Sequence record: PP261279.1
Source of the DNA: Escherichia phage ECP2303
Length of the DNA: 64,000 bases
Reading direction: 5' to 3' (one strand)
Positions 10,072-19,857 of the stretch are shown here, one piece after another. Every line of letters begins with the position of its first letter. The stretch's first letter is position 1. The notes under the pieces are model-generated. The model did not search any database, was not told the origin of the DNA, and saw only the letters and a program-made list of their open reading frames with translations. The position numbers were made by a program, and so were the translations under genes.

Positions 10072-10749
10072 TTAGTGCGGTCCACTTGTCTCGCCATCAG
10101 GGCAAGAGTGGGTATGACCTTTATATTCTGCATAGAATGAATCCAAATCCACACCAGCAGCAGTTATAATTCTACCAGATGGGTCTATTGTGGCACCATT
10201 CATTCTGATATTTCCATCCACAGCAGCTCGCAAATTGGCAGCCCCGTTAGTGAAAGAAAACTCCCCGCTACTGTCGCACCGTAATGTCCCACCAGGTGTT
10301 TGAAGCTCAAAATCGCCAGAAGGTGTCAGTTTAAAATAAACCATATCATTCCATAACTCTACGTTATCAGGATCGATCTGTAAAGCGTTTGAGTCTGAAT
10401 GAACAGAGGTGATTGCCCACCCTGGAAACAGGCCGTGAGTTTGTTGATCGTCGTTATTGTTTTCATTTCTCTCTGAAAACTGCAATCCTACAACATCCCC
10501 AGCCTTAATAGGAAGTGTTAACCTTGCCTTTCCGCTGTTTGCAGACATCACCTGAATTGGAACGTCATAGATAAGAGGGTATCTCTCCACATCCCCGTCA
10601 TCAAACGTGGTTTCAGCTATTGGCTGCACGGCTGCAGAAGGTATACTGTAGTCAACACTGACAACTCTGGCCCTGATACTGGTGTGATAGTCCCTCATTA
10701 TTTTTTCTATAAAGGATCTTACAGCAGCATCTTTCCTATTTATTGCCAT
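10072..10749 (-). CDS. baseplate central spike protein (gpV/gp45-like)
   Basis: 225 aa; C-terminal GHTHSCPDGETSGPH contains the HxH motif characteristic of metal-binding spike apex domains; sits between hub-like and wedge-like genes. Confidence 0.55.
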   Translation of the reverse strand: MAINRKDAAVRSFIEKIMRDYHTSIRARVVSVDYSIPSAAVQPIAETTFDDGDVERYPLIYDVPIQVMSANSGKARLTLPIKAGDVVGLQFSERNENNNDDQQTHGLFPGWAITSVHSDSNALQIDPDNVELWNDMVYFKLTPSGDFELQTPGGTLRCDSSGEFSFTNGAANLRAAVDGNIRMNGATIDPSGRIITAAGVDLDSFYAEYKGHTHSCPDGETSGPH

Positions 10750-11747
10750 TATACCTCCTCAGTTTTGTCAACAACTCCACCCACTGTTTCCCCAAGGCCA
10801 AGCTCTGTAGTGTAATCACCGCCTTCTATGGTGCCCTTATGATGCACCGTGATCACCTTATAGAAGCCTGTATATTGCCTGCTTTTAAGATAAATAGTGG
10901 ACTCTGGGAGGATAGCTCCGTTAAGGCATGTGGTTACAGTAAGGCCAACATCCTCTCTCGGGTTTTTCTTTTTCTTACGTGTGCCACCTTTCGCAGCAGC
11001 TTTAGCTTTTCGCTTTTTAGCAGGTTCTGGGTTTTTAGGGGTAGGTGATCCGTGCATCCCAGACTCTGCACTTATTTCAAACACAGAGTCTTTAAACCTT
11101 TTTCCAACCTTAGTCCAATACAAAGCCCCATCCTGAACGCTAAATGTGGAGTTGGTCAGCCTTGCAAACCTGCGGAGGTTCTCTGCAGTGTTTCCAGAGA
11201 AAGCCATAGAGTATTGCAAAGTCTGGTTTCCAAAACCAACAACCCTACCTTTTGGCAAGTTCATATCCTTCAGCAGGTCATTAAGCACAGAGTTCAGAGG
11301 TGTACCTTTCTGATAAGATCTTGTGCTTTGGCACTTAATGATGTTCTCAGTGCCATCCCCAAAGATGAACTTAGTTTTTCTGGTCGGGCCTTCCCATCTG
11401 TCCTCAACAAACTCTACAGTTCCAGAGAATATCAACTGGTTCTCATTGTCATAGCCAGCCTCAAACATAACTGCAAGAGCATCAGCTTGATGCATATCCA
11501 GATAGTTAACTGTATCGTCAGACAGGTTGTAAACTGTCACATAGCCTTTGTTTGGCTCTTTGGTATTGTCCTTTTGTATGTCAAACTCTATATTGGCAGC
11601 ACCAGTGTCCGAGCTAATCTCATAAACTCCGGAATCACTCTCTCCTTTCTTTTCAACAGATTTTGGGATATTGGTTTTTGATTTACCGCCATGCTCTACA
11701 GGACGACCAAATAATAATCGCCATGTTCTACGTCTGTACTCTGCCAT
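10749..11747 (-). CDS. baseplate hub-like protein (putative)
   Basis: 332 aa immediately upstream of the spike gene with ATG/stop overlap; the call is positional. Confidence 0.4.
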   Translation of the reverse strand: MAEYRRRTWRLLFGRPVEHGGKSKTNIPKSVEKKGESDSGVYEISSDTGAANIEFDIQKDNTKEPNKGYVTVYNLSDDTVNYLDMHQADALAVMFEAGYDNENQLIFSGTVEFVEDRWEGPTRKTKFIFGDGTENIIKCQSTRSYQKGTPLNSVLNDLLKDMNLPKGRVVGFGNQTLQYSMAFSGNTAENLRRFARLTNSTFSVQDGALYWTKVGKRFKDSVFEISAESGMHGSPTPKNPEPAKKRKAKAAAKGGTRKKKKNPREDVGLTVTTCLNGAILPESTIYLKSRQYTGFYKVITVHHKGTIEGGDYTTELGLGETVGGVVDKTEEV

Positions 11748-12127
11748 TATTCTAACCCTTGCTGTTCCTTGTAAAGATCAACTGGGGTGCCGTATACAAG
11801 CTGTAGCTCGGATCTTGCTCCAAGGTTGTATCTTCCAACCCTGCCCCAATATTGATCATCTTTAAACGACAGCGCCATCAATCTACCTTTCGGTAAATCG
11901 TCTCTGTAATGCAGTCCGTCTAAGATATCTTGACAAGCTGTTACTTTTCTGGTTACTAAAGGGCTGTCACCTACCGGACCAAGGGATAACCACCAAGACT
12001 CATCCCTCTCATTCCATTGCATACGCATTTCATATGTTTCATTGTCTAAAACAACACGCATGGTTTGATCAGGAAAGCCGTCAATGTCCCACACAAAGGT
12101 GATTATGCACCAATCTTTAAGCTCCAT
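11747..12127 (-). CDS. hypothetical tail/baseplate protein
   Basis: 126-aa ORF coupled between the 303-aa and 332-aa genes. Confidence 0.3.
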   Translation of the reverse strand: MELKDWCIITFVWDIDGFPDQTMRVVLDNETYEMRMQWNERDESWWLSLGPVGDSPLVTRKVTACQDILDGLHYRDDLPKGRLMALSFKDDQYWGRVGRYNLGARSELQLVYGTPVDLYKEQQGLE

Positions 12128-12139
12128 TACACGCTCCCC

Positions 12140-13051
12140 TTATTTTCCGTTAACTTTGTTGTAGTTTCCCTGCTCAGATGGGACTATGGTAGAAGGTCTT
12201 CCATATTCCTGGTAATACCAATCCGCAGCAGATTGGGTAACACCGTTTTCATCTGTCCACATCATAGATTTGTATGGCTGCCACTCTTCTGCAGCATTTG
12301 TGGATGCAGTGTCTGCAAATGCCCCTGTGTCCCTCTTGTTACCTACGTTACTGCCATTCTTACAATCGTTGACAGCACCTTTTTGCTGGGTCTTGCCTAC
12401 TTTCTTAGGGTTGCTGTATACAGTTGCATTAACAACCTTGTTCAAGTAGAATGTGCGGAACTCTGTAAGTTCTACATCAAACACCATCGCAGCACCTTCA
12501 CCAACAGACTTGTTGGCAGAAAGACTGGTTATGATGTAGTTCTCAAGGAGCCTCTCCTCGGTAACCAAAGAAACCAACTGGCGCTTATTAATGATCTCAG
12601 TCAAAGCCTCCAGTGCAGCGCCTGGTCGCATAGATGCTGCAGGGTTTTTAGAGTCAGTATTCCTGTCAATGTAGTTTTGCTCATAGATTATGTGTGGTGA
12701 TGTATTTACCCTACCAGTAAAAGAAAATACACCATCTTTAATTACAGCGTGGTCTGACAGGGTAGATTTATCTTCCACCGCAAAATCAGTCTTATCAACA
12801 GAATGTTTGAAAGAGTAATTCTCAATCTGATCGAAGATGATGGCAAGATCGTTAGTAAAGTTTTTGCCCTTCATCTCCGTATTGCGACCACCATAGTTAA
12901 GACCGCTGACAAACATAGTGTACTTTACATCGCTTTCAGTTTGTTGCTCTGCCTTTTCAGCCTTTGGAGATTTAACCTCTTGAGGCTTGTACAGGTCTTT
13001 TTCATCAACTATATTGCTTGGCATAACCTCTCCAGGACACTCCGATACCAT
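12140..13051 (-). CDS. hypothetical tail protein (distal tail/baseplate region)
   Basis: 303-aa ORF directly downstream of the tape measure gene. Confidence 0.3.
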   Translation of the reverse strand: MVSECPGEVMPSNIVDEKDLYKPQEVKSPKAEKAEQQTESDVKYTMFVSGLNYGGRNTEMKGKNFTNDLAIIFDQIENYSFKHSVDKTDFAVEDKSTLSDHAVIKDGVFSFTGRVNTSPHIIYEQNYIDRNTDSKNPAASMRPGAALEALTEIINKRQLVSLVTEERLLENYIITSLSANKSVGEGAAMVFDVELTEFRTFYLNKVVNATVYSNPKKVGKTQQKGAVNDCKNGSNVGNKRDTGAFADTASTNAAEEWQPYKSMMWTDENGVTQSAADWYYQEYGRPSTIVPSEQGNYNKVNGK

Positions 13052-13130
13052 CTAAATATTGTATCATAAAATAGCCGTTTTTACAACACCGATAAAATAA
13101 AGGGGGCCGGAGCCCCCTGTGTGCTGTTTA

Positions 13131-15470
13131 TTACCAAAGATCTGTTGACATAAAGTTAATATCCTTGTTGTTCTCCCACTCAAGTTTTGCATCAAGTATT
13201 TTGCTAAACTCCCCCTCATCTATTGAAATCGTGATTTTACCATCACTAATCTCTAAAGGGAGCATTTCCATAGTTCTTAATTGAGAAGCAAAACCAGGGC
13301 CACCGGGCAACGGAAGAGTCCCTCCCGGTAAGGTGTCCAAAGGATCAACAAACCCGTTACCTCCAGATATGATATCTTTGCGAATCATATCGCTGATAGT
13401 ATCCAGTTGCTGATTTCTCTCACTCAGTGGGTTGAAACGGTCATTAAATAACTCCCCGGCGCTTAATATTGTACCGATAATACCAAGCTTACCAAGCAGG
13501 CCAACTTTACCACCAGGTGTCTTGAGGCCACCTCCCCCTTTTCCTGCCGCACCACCACCAGATCCTTCTGTGGTAGCTGCACCTGCACCTGCTGCTCCAG
13601 CTGCACCTCTTATAGAACTAAGGAATTTGAAGGTTTTTACAAGCATAGATGCCATGACAAAACCTTTTGTCAGGGCGTTCACTACCAGCATAATGGCAGC
13701 AGCAAACCCTGCCCATTTAGCATAGCTAAAGGTGTCATTAAGCTCTTCAGAATATTCCTTCGTCTTAGCTGTTATGAGTCCCCATTTAATCCCCCATTCA
13801 AGGAAAAACATGCGGATCTTGACTATGGTATTGTTTAGTTCACCAACTACCCAGTTGAGACCTCTCACAAAACCACTAACAAAATCACCAGAGGCATCCC
13901 ACACAAATTGCAAAGTCTCACCAGTGCGAATCAGTGTATAATAGAACTCTGTTAGTTCATCAGCCCAACGGGTGAATAGTTTCTGACGAGACAGTTCAAT
14001 GAAGGTTTTCAGTCTGTTTTCTGCCAGTACGTTAGACTTCTGCATTCTTTCATAACCAGCTGCAGATGCCTCGTTCATGTACTTAGCCACATACTTCATG
14101 ATCTTGGCTGTCTTAACCTCACCTTTCTTCATCATGTCCATGAACTGATCCATGGATAGTTCAGAAAGACCAAAAGCCTCTTTGGTGGCTTTGATAAAAG
14201 GTTCGTATGCACCAGGCAATGCTTCAGCAAGTTGTTGCTTCAGTTCTTCGGACATTACCTGTCCTTTACCGAGCATTTGCTGGATTGCCATGATGCCACG
14301 CTGGTATTTTACCTCATCTGCACCGTAAGCAGCAGCATACTGTGAGTATGCAGAGAATAGCTCATGCACCTCTTGATTTGTCATCTGGTTTTTGGCGTTT
14401 ACCGCCATCTGGGCGTAACCTTGAAGACCAGATTTGAGATCAAAACCAAGACGCATAGCCTCTTGCTGGACAAACGCAACCTCACTGTTGGCTTTGTTTG
14501 GATCTCCAGTAACAGCAGTAAGAGCAGCACTTGCCCCCTCCATCATGTGACCAGATCTGTTCACAGCAGTAAATCCAGAGAAAGCCGTATACGCAGCTGT
14601 TGCATTAATAACAGACCTACGTAAGTCTCTCATGGCATCACCAAGTGTAAGCGTTTGGCTGGTGGCGCTTTTAAATCCAGACTGCAGAGCTGACAGGTGG
14701 GCGTTAAAGGTTGACTTTTTCATCTCTCCGCGAGCAAACCTGGACTCTAACTCTGAGTATCCTGGCAAGCTTCCACGGAATCCGGCCCCATACTTGGCAG
14801 AAAGTCTTATCGCAGAGTTGTAGAGGTGGGTTCTCCTTGCCTCACGATCCGACATAAGCTTATTATCCATACCAGCTTTACTGTCTCTTCTTAGCTGCCT
14901 ATGATAACGATTCATAGCGGCTGTCTGAGCTTTCACAAGGTTAGGGTCGGAAGCCACACCACCCATATTAGGGTTACCTGGGATATACTTGAAAGATTTG
15001 GCATTAGCCAAAACTCTTGCCTTAGGTGCCTTATAACCGCCGTAAGACACTGGTGCAGATTTGGTAGCCTTTTTGGCCTCTTTAGCTTGCTGCTGGTAGA
15101 ACTTACGCATCCTAGCCATTTCTGGATTTTTAGCGGTAAGATTACCCACAGCTTGTTTACGTCTCGCGTTCTCCCTACGTTCTATTGCAGCCCTTACTGC
15201 AGCCTCTTTCTTGGCCTGTGCTACGCTCTCCCTGTGCAGTTTAGCATTTGCCTGATATTGCTGTCTGGCAACCCGCTGCATTGTTTGCTGGGTTTTAACA
15301 GCCACTGCCTGCCATCTACTCATTGGGTTGGCTGAGTTAAAATCCTCGCCCAGTTTCCTGAACTCCCTCCCAATACTGCGAATTTTCTCTACAGCTTTTT
15401 TGTAGGAGGAGTTCTCTATCTCAAAGCCAATCTTGTTGACTGTTGTGGCAACTATTTTGTTTGTAGCCAT
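13131..15470 (-). CDS. tail tape measure protein
   Basis: 779 aa; long helical, coiled-coil-rich sequence with a Gly-rich segment (GAAGAGAATTEGSGGGAAGKGGGG); located after the chaperone pair. Confidence 0.75.
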   Translation of the reverse strand: MATNKIVATTVNKIGFEIENSSYKKAVEKIRSIGREFRKLGEDFNSANPMSRWQAVAVKTQQTMQRVARQQYQANAKLHRESVAQAKKEAAVRAAIERRENARRKQAVGNLTAKNPEMARMRKFYQQQAKEAKKATKSAPVSYGGYKAPKARVLANAKSFKYIPGNPNMGGVASDPNLVKAQTAAMNRYHRQLRRDSKAGMDNKLMSDREARRTHLYNSAIRLSAKYGAGFRGSLPGYSELESRFARGEMKKSTFNAHLSALQSGFKSATSQTLTLGDAMRDLRRSVINATAAYTAFSGFTAVNRSGHMMEGASAALTAVTGDPNKANSEVAFVQQEAMRLGFDLKSGLQGYAQMAVNAKNQMTNQEVHELFSAYSQYAAAYGADEVKYQRGIMAIQQMLGKGQVMSEELKQQLAEALPGAYEPFIKATKEAFGLSELSMDQFMDMMKKGEVKTAKIMKYVAKYMNEASAAGYERMQKSNVLAENRLKTFIELSRQKLFTRWADELTEFYYTLIRTGETLQFVWDASGDFVSGFVRGLNWVVGELNNTIVKIRMFFLEWGIKWGLITAKTKEYSEELNDTFSYAKWAGFAAAIMLVVNALTKGFVMASMLVKTFKFLSSIRGAAGAAGAGAATTEGSGGGAAGKGGGGLKTPGGKVGLLGKLGIIGTILSAGELFNDRFNPLSERNQQLDTISDMIRKDIISGGNGFVDPLDTLPGGTLPLPGGPGFASQLRTMEMLPLEISDGKITISIDEGEFSKILDAKLEWENNKDINFMSTDLW

Positions 15471-15524
15471 GCTTTCCTCATAATAAAAAGGGCCAGATCC
15501 CAGAAAAGGAATCCGGCCCTTAGA

Positions 15525-15773
15525 TTATCCTCTCCTGCGCTTAGCTTTCGCAGCAGCTGCGGCAGCCTTCTGCTCCCGCTCCATTTCCCTGTTTTGGACG
15601 GTATCTAGGAATTCTTCGATATCAAGATACTCACAGAGCTTCAGGAAATACGCCATATCTGCAAGATTTAGCGATTCAAAATTTTCCCCTTTGAAATTCT
15701 TGAGCACCCTGCACCAAAGAAAGTCGAACCAGTTAAGTGAACTGTTCTTAGCTGCCCACTCACTGGCCCTCAC
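15525..15773 (-). CDS. tail assembly chaperone C-terminal extension (reached by -1 frameshift)
   Basis: 82-aa frame lies in the -1 frame relative to the upstream chaperone ORF and stays open back across the slippery site; classic G/GT-type arrangement between tube and tape measure genes. Confidence 0.5.
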   Translation of the reverse strand: MRASEWAAKNSSLNWFDFLWCRVLKNFKGENFESLNLADMAYFLKLCEYLDIEEFLDTVQNREMEREQKAAAAAAKAKRRRG

Positions 15774-15784
15774 AACAACCTTGC

Positions 15785-16258
15785 TTATTCCTGCTCTTCC
15801 GGAGTCTGATCCAGATTGTTCACCTGCTGGATCATACCCATCTGCTGTAACATCTCCAGAAGGCTTCCTAAACCGTCTTGTGTGAAAAAACAGCCGTAGT
15901 TAACCTCCAGAACCTTACCTGCCAGCTTAATCATCTCCAGCAGATGCCCTGCAAACACAACATCAGGGTTAAGCTTATCCACACCATCCACGGTAATATC
16001 TTCGAACAAGATTTTAAATAACTCTTCAATAGAGTTATCATCAAGTTCTTGGAACAGGTAAGCTAGGGCTGTAGGAAGGACCTCTGCCATATTCTGACCG
16101 CCTGAGAGAATAGATCCACCGATAGCACCTAGCGGGACAGCCACAATCTTACCGATTTTAGGCATGTTTTTCATTGCTTTCATCGGTCCCCAGTGGGTGA
16201 TCACAAAGTTGTGCCCTGCTAAATCAATCTCTGTTGTAGGTCTAAAGTTTATAGCCAT
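15785..16258 (-). CDS. tail assembly chaperone
   Basis: 157-aa acidic protein between the tube and tape measure genes; carries in-frame heptamer T-TTT-TTC near its 3' end. Confidence 0.55.
   Translation of the reverse strand: MAINFRPTTEIDLAGHNFVITHWGPMKAMKNMPKIGKIVAVPLGAIGGSILSGGQNMAEVLPTALAYLFQELDDNSIEELFKILFEDITVDGVDKLNPDVVFAGHLLEMIKLAGKVLEVNYGCFFTQDGLGSLLEMLQQMGMIQQVNNLDQTPEEQE
15884..15890 (-). other. programmed -1 ribosomal frameshift slippery heptamer (U UUU UUC)
   Basis: Plus-strand gaaaaaa equals minus-strand TTTTTTC, in phase X-XXY-YYZ with the chaperone frame (TGT TTT TTC); the -1 frame is open from here into the 15525-15773 ORF. Confidence 0.5.
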
Positions 16259-16371
16259 TTTATAGCATCCTTATTAGTCATGTTGTGCACCATATTTGTG
16301 TATTTTACCATGATTACGGTGCATTGTCAATTTAACCTTTCAAGCAACTCAAGAACGTGTGTCAAAACCAT

Positions 16372-16402
16372 AAAAGCAAAAAGCCCCACCCGAAGGTGAG
16401 GC
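16372..16402 (-). terminator. Rho-independent terminator after the tube gene
   Basis: Minus-strand RNA GCCUCACC-UUCG-GGUGGGGC followed by UUUUUGCUUUU; the G-U pair exists only on the minus transcript. Confidence 0.6.
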
Positions 16403-16420
16403 CTATGCTAAAGTGTGCCC

Positions 16421-16894
16421 TTAGATAATACCTGCAAGACCTGCGAGGCCAGTGAGAGCACCAGTGATGTTGTCACGGTTGAGCCATGCATCCAGAATAC
16501 CGATATCCCAGTCCAGCTGACCTACTTCGGTTCCGTAAGTTAGGTCAGGCTGTTTCTGGATCCAACCGATTGTAGCAATGCCAGGGCCCTGGCTACCTTC
16601 CAGCAGAACCGGGAAGAATACCAGACCAGTAATAGATGCCTGTTTCTGCCAGTCAGAAAGGTAAGCGTTCCATACAGAAGTGTTCTGCAAGGATACAGTC
16701 ATAACACCAGATTGGTTACGAGACAGAGCTGCAGACATTTCACCATCCACACCAACGTGAGGGTAGATGTTGTCTTCGTTTCTTGAAACAACGATCTTGG
16801 TGTCAGCAGCGAAGCCAGTGACACGCTGCTGCATCAGATACAGTTTGACCTTTTTAGGGTCATACGCATAAGGAGTTAAAATTTGAGTTTCCAT
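16421..16894 (-). CDS. tail tube protein (putative)
   Basis: 157 aa immediately downstream of the sheath-like gene and upstream of a terminator and the chaperones. Confidence 0.5.
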   Translation of the reverse strand: METQILTPYAYDPKKVKLYLMQQRVTGFAADTKIVVSRNEDNIYPHVGVDGEMSAALSRNQSGVMTVSLQNTSVWNAYLSDWQKQASITGLVFFPVLLEGSQGPGIATIGWIQKQPDLTYGTEVGQLDWDIGILDAWLNRDNITGALTGLAGLAGII

Positions 16895-16904
16895 CTAGTC
16901 TTCC

Positions 16905-18281
16905 TTATTCAGTCATTGCAACAGCATTGGTGGATTTAGAACCAACTTTGTCCAGAAGGACGTTGATCCGGATACGAACGAAGTGCAGGGCGTTGTTATA
17001 CACCAGTTCTACTTTCACACCTTCCAGAACACGAGCAGCCAACTGATTGGTTGGGATTTCTGCACGTTTAGGAACTGTGATGATCGGGTCGTAGAATACA
17101 TTATTGTCTTCGTCAAAACCTGTCAGGATCGCACCATTTTTAATGCCAGTATTGATCGGGTTGTTCATCAGAACAGACTTGATAACCGGAAGATCATCAT
17201 CAGACATCTTCATGCTTAAGCCCATATTGGAGCGGCGATGCATGTACCCAAACATGGACTCTTCAGATCTGAACTTGATCCAGTGTGCAAAACGGATAGC
17301 GTCTGCATACTGACCTGAAGCACACTTACCTTCCCAGAAAGCGCCAACACCGTTAATCATTCTATAGAAGTTAACGTGGTTTTCCCAAATCGCCATACGC
17401 TGAGTTAAAGTCAGGGATGGTGCAATAACGCCCGGCATCTGTTTTAAATGCAAGCTGTCGCCGTAAGACGGATCGTTGGATGCCATAGCGCCTACGATAC
17501 CACCCTCTGGAAAATCTTTATCCGCACGAGGATCGTACATGCCGACACTATCATATTGTGCAGCCATCAGTTTGGTGGCGATGTTATTTTCTTTGCCAGT
17601 CACATCTTCTGCAGTAGAATAGACATGGAGCTTGTAGTTAGCCTGAGCCCACTTAGCACATGCTTCAATGTCGGTGTGGTCTTCATGGCACAGGAAGTAC
17701 CAATTATCACGCTCAGCATTGATCTTATCAACTACTGTAGAAGGTTTTTCAGAATTGGCGATATTTTTGATTGTATAGTTACCAGTATGATAACCAACAG
17801 TGCAGTCACCAGTGATGGTAATAACACCTTCAGAAGCCTCTACAGTGATATCGTTCAAGTTATCATCTGCTTCGATTTTAGTCTTCATTGATTCTGCAAT
17901 CTGAGTTGCACCTGTTCCACCAGAGATAGGTACTATCAGAGAAGTATTGTAGCCACCTTTTGCAATGGTCATTACGACATCGGTATCAGCTGCGGCAGCA
18001 ATACCTTTAAAATCTACAGTGGTTTTTTCTTTAGCCTGTCTGCCGATCATAACGTATTGTGGAGGGAATACACCGCCGAAAGCTTTTGCTGCAAACTCAT
18101 ACGCTGCAGAGCCTTGTGCGAAACCGTCTTCCACCATCTGGTCCAGCTCCGCATACACGCGAGCTCGCTCAGTAAAGTTGTTGTGGATAGCGATGAACAG
18201 CGGGGTTTCGAAACCTACAGTGTCAATAGGCTGGGTTCCGAGGTTAACTGTAACATCTACCACTTTATCTAAATATGGCAT
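16905..18281 (-). CDS. tail sheath protein (putative) or major tail protein
   Basis: 458 aa, first gene of the tail block; size and order relative to tube, chaperone and tape measure fit a contractile-tail sheath. Confidence 0.5.
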   Translation of the reverse strand: MPYLDKVVDVTVNLGTQPIDTVGFETPLFIAIHNNFTERARVYAELDQMVEDGFAQGSAAYEFAAKAFGGVFPPQYVMIGRQAKEKTTVDFKGIAAAADTDVVMTIAKGGYNTSLIVPISGGTGATQIAESMKTKIEADDNLNDITVEASEGVITITGDCTVGYHTGNYTIKNIANSEKPSTVVDKINAERDNWYFLCHEDHTDIEACAKWAQANYKLHVYSTAEDVTGKENNIATKLMAAQYDSVGMYDPRADKDFPEGGIVGAMASNDPSYGDSLHLKQMPGVIAPSLTLTQRMAIWENHVNFYRMINGVGAFWEGKCASGQYADAIRFAHWIKFRSEESMFGYMHRRSNMGLSMKMSDDDLPVIKSVLMNNPINTGIKNGAILTGFDEDNNVFYDPIITVPKRAEIPTNQLAARVLEGVKVELVYNNALHFVRIRINVLLDKVGSKSTNAVAMTE

Positions 18282-18353
18282 TTGTTTCCTCTTAATATCT
18301 GTGCACGGATATCAAACACGCAGTGTAATCATTACACTACACAATTATAACGA

Positions 18354-18905
18354 TTACTGACCACTGTCTGTAACCGATTTATCAGAATTGGGTGAAGGGA
18401 AGTGCGTGGTTATTTCAGCCTTAATTCCCTGAAGATCCTCAAAAGCCCCAATGTCTGTCTCAACAAACCTTACGTTAAATGTCAGCATTACCGTGGCTCT
18501 ATTTTCATACGTCTGCTTATTCAACGGCACCCTTTGAGGGGAGATTGTTGAATTGTTAGAGTAAGCAAAGCACGACCCCAGAGGGAAATACTTGTCATAA
18601 AACATTGGAAGATTTATTGCTTGCAATACTCTGCTAAGTGCAGCATGTGCCCTGCCACGATAAGCTGTTAACAGATAGGTAACAGTGTAACTGTGTGTTA
18701 CGTAAGCATTACCCTCCGCATCTTGAAACTCATTATCTTCCCAAGTGGTTGGATTGATCGCCAAGGTTTGTAAAAGTACAAACTCACCTTCCGGCTTCGG
18801 TATGGTAGAGCTTTCTGCCAGAACTACAGTTCTTCCTGTGGCAACCTTGACAAGCTTAGCAATGGTTGTTTCAAGATCAGAAAAAACTTTTTCGAAAGCT
18901 TCCAT
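18354..18905 (-). CDS. hypothetical head-tail joining protein
   Basis: 183-aa ORF between head and tail blocks. Confidence 0.3.
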   Translation of the reverse strand: MEAFEKVFSDLETTIAKLVKVATGRTVVLAESSTIPKPEGEFVLLQTLAINPTTWEDNEFQDAEGNAYVTHSYTVTYLLTAYRGRAHAALSRVLQAINLPMFYDKYFPLGSCFAYSNNSTISPQRVPLNKQTYENRATVMLTFNVRFVETDIGAFEDLQGIKAEITTHFPSPNSDKSVTDSGQ

Positions 18906-19330
18906 CAGTCTTCTCCTTCAGGCTCTTCTACCACAAAAAATCTATATCTTCCACCACCAGACGTGACATATGCATCGCATTTTAAAACGGTAAACCATTT
19001 CAAGTCACCACGGATGTCAGGCAGCTGAATTTGATCAGCCATTGCATATGTTCCTTCATCTGGACTATACAACTTGGTTGAGGAGTAAACTGTAAAAGCC
19101 TCGTACTGTCTGTCACCTTCGGGATTTATTTGAGAGGAGTAATCTTTAGCTGCCCTTCCTGTCAACGGCTGCACAACACACTCTAAGACATCAAACTCTT
19201 CATACTCAAGTTCTAACCCCTCGTTAGCAAAAGGACCACCAACTGTTTTGTTATACACTCTGTGGCGACCTTTGAATGTTTTGCGGGGTATTAGCCTGTT
19301 CTTTCCTATCAGCTTATAACCTGCTGCCAC
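18905..19330 (-). CDS. hypothetical head-tail joining protein
   Basis: 141-aa ORF, start/stop overlap with neighbours. Confidence 0.3.
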   Translation of the reverse strand: MAAGYKLIGKNRLIPRKTFKGRHRVYNKTVGGPFANEGLELEYEEFDVLECVVQPLTGRAAKDYSSQINPEGDRQYEAFTVYSSTKLYSPDEGTYAMADQIQLPDIRGDLKWFTVLKCDAYVTSGGGRYRFFVVEEPEGED

Positions 19331-19339
19331 TCAACCCCC

Positions 19340-19816
19340 TTATTTTTGCTGTCCAATTTTAAAGGTTGCAGATTCCAGCAGCACATCGTAATGCCGCATA
19401 GCCTCGTTGAAGCCCTTCTCTTGTGCCCACTGCTCACTAACAGTAGGGTTACTAAACTGCCCAGCCTCAATAACAAACTGGATAGCTTTGGCTCCTGTGT
19501 CCCCCATCTGCTTAAGAACAGCCTCTGCACTTGATCCTCTAGCCATAGCTCTCAACAATTTTTCTGTCAAGGTCTGCAGTTGCGTGCTGTGAAATGCAAA
19601 GGCCGTCTCCATGAAATTGCGAACAGGCAGCCCGTTCCAACCGAAGTTGTGAATAGCTGCCAATGTTGCCATATTTAAGCCTGACGGGTGAGGTTCATCA
19701 TAAAAGCCGTAGGTTATTGTTTTGCTTTCAAGTTTCACAAGGTCTTTATAAAAGCGATCTAAACGCTTTAAGTTGAACCTTGTTTGACATTTAACCTTTA
19801 GCATTATATTCCTCAC
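19340..19816 (-). CDS. hypothetical head completion/neck protein
   Basis: 158-aa ORF in the connector region. Confidence 0.3.
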   Translation of the reverse strand: MRNIMLKVKCQTRFNLKRLDRFYKDLVKLESKTITYGFYDEPHPSGLNMATLAAIHNFGWNGLPVRNFMETAFAFHSTQLQTLTEKLLRAMARGSSAEAVLKQMGDTGAKAIQFVIEAGQFSNPTVSEQWAQEKGFNEAMRHYDVLLESATFKIGQQK

Positions 19817-19857
19817 TAATGTATTTTACCACAAAGATACATCAAAAGCAACAATTT

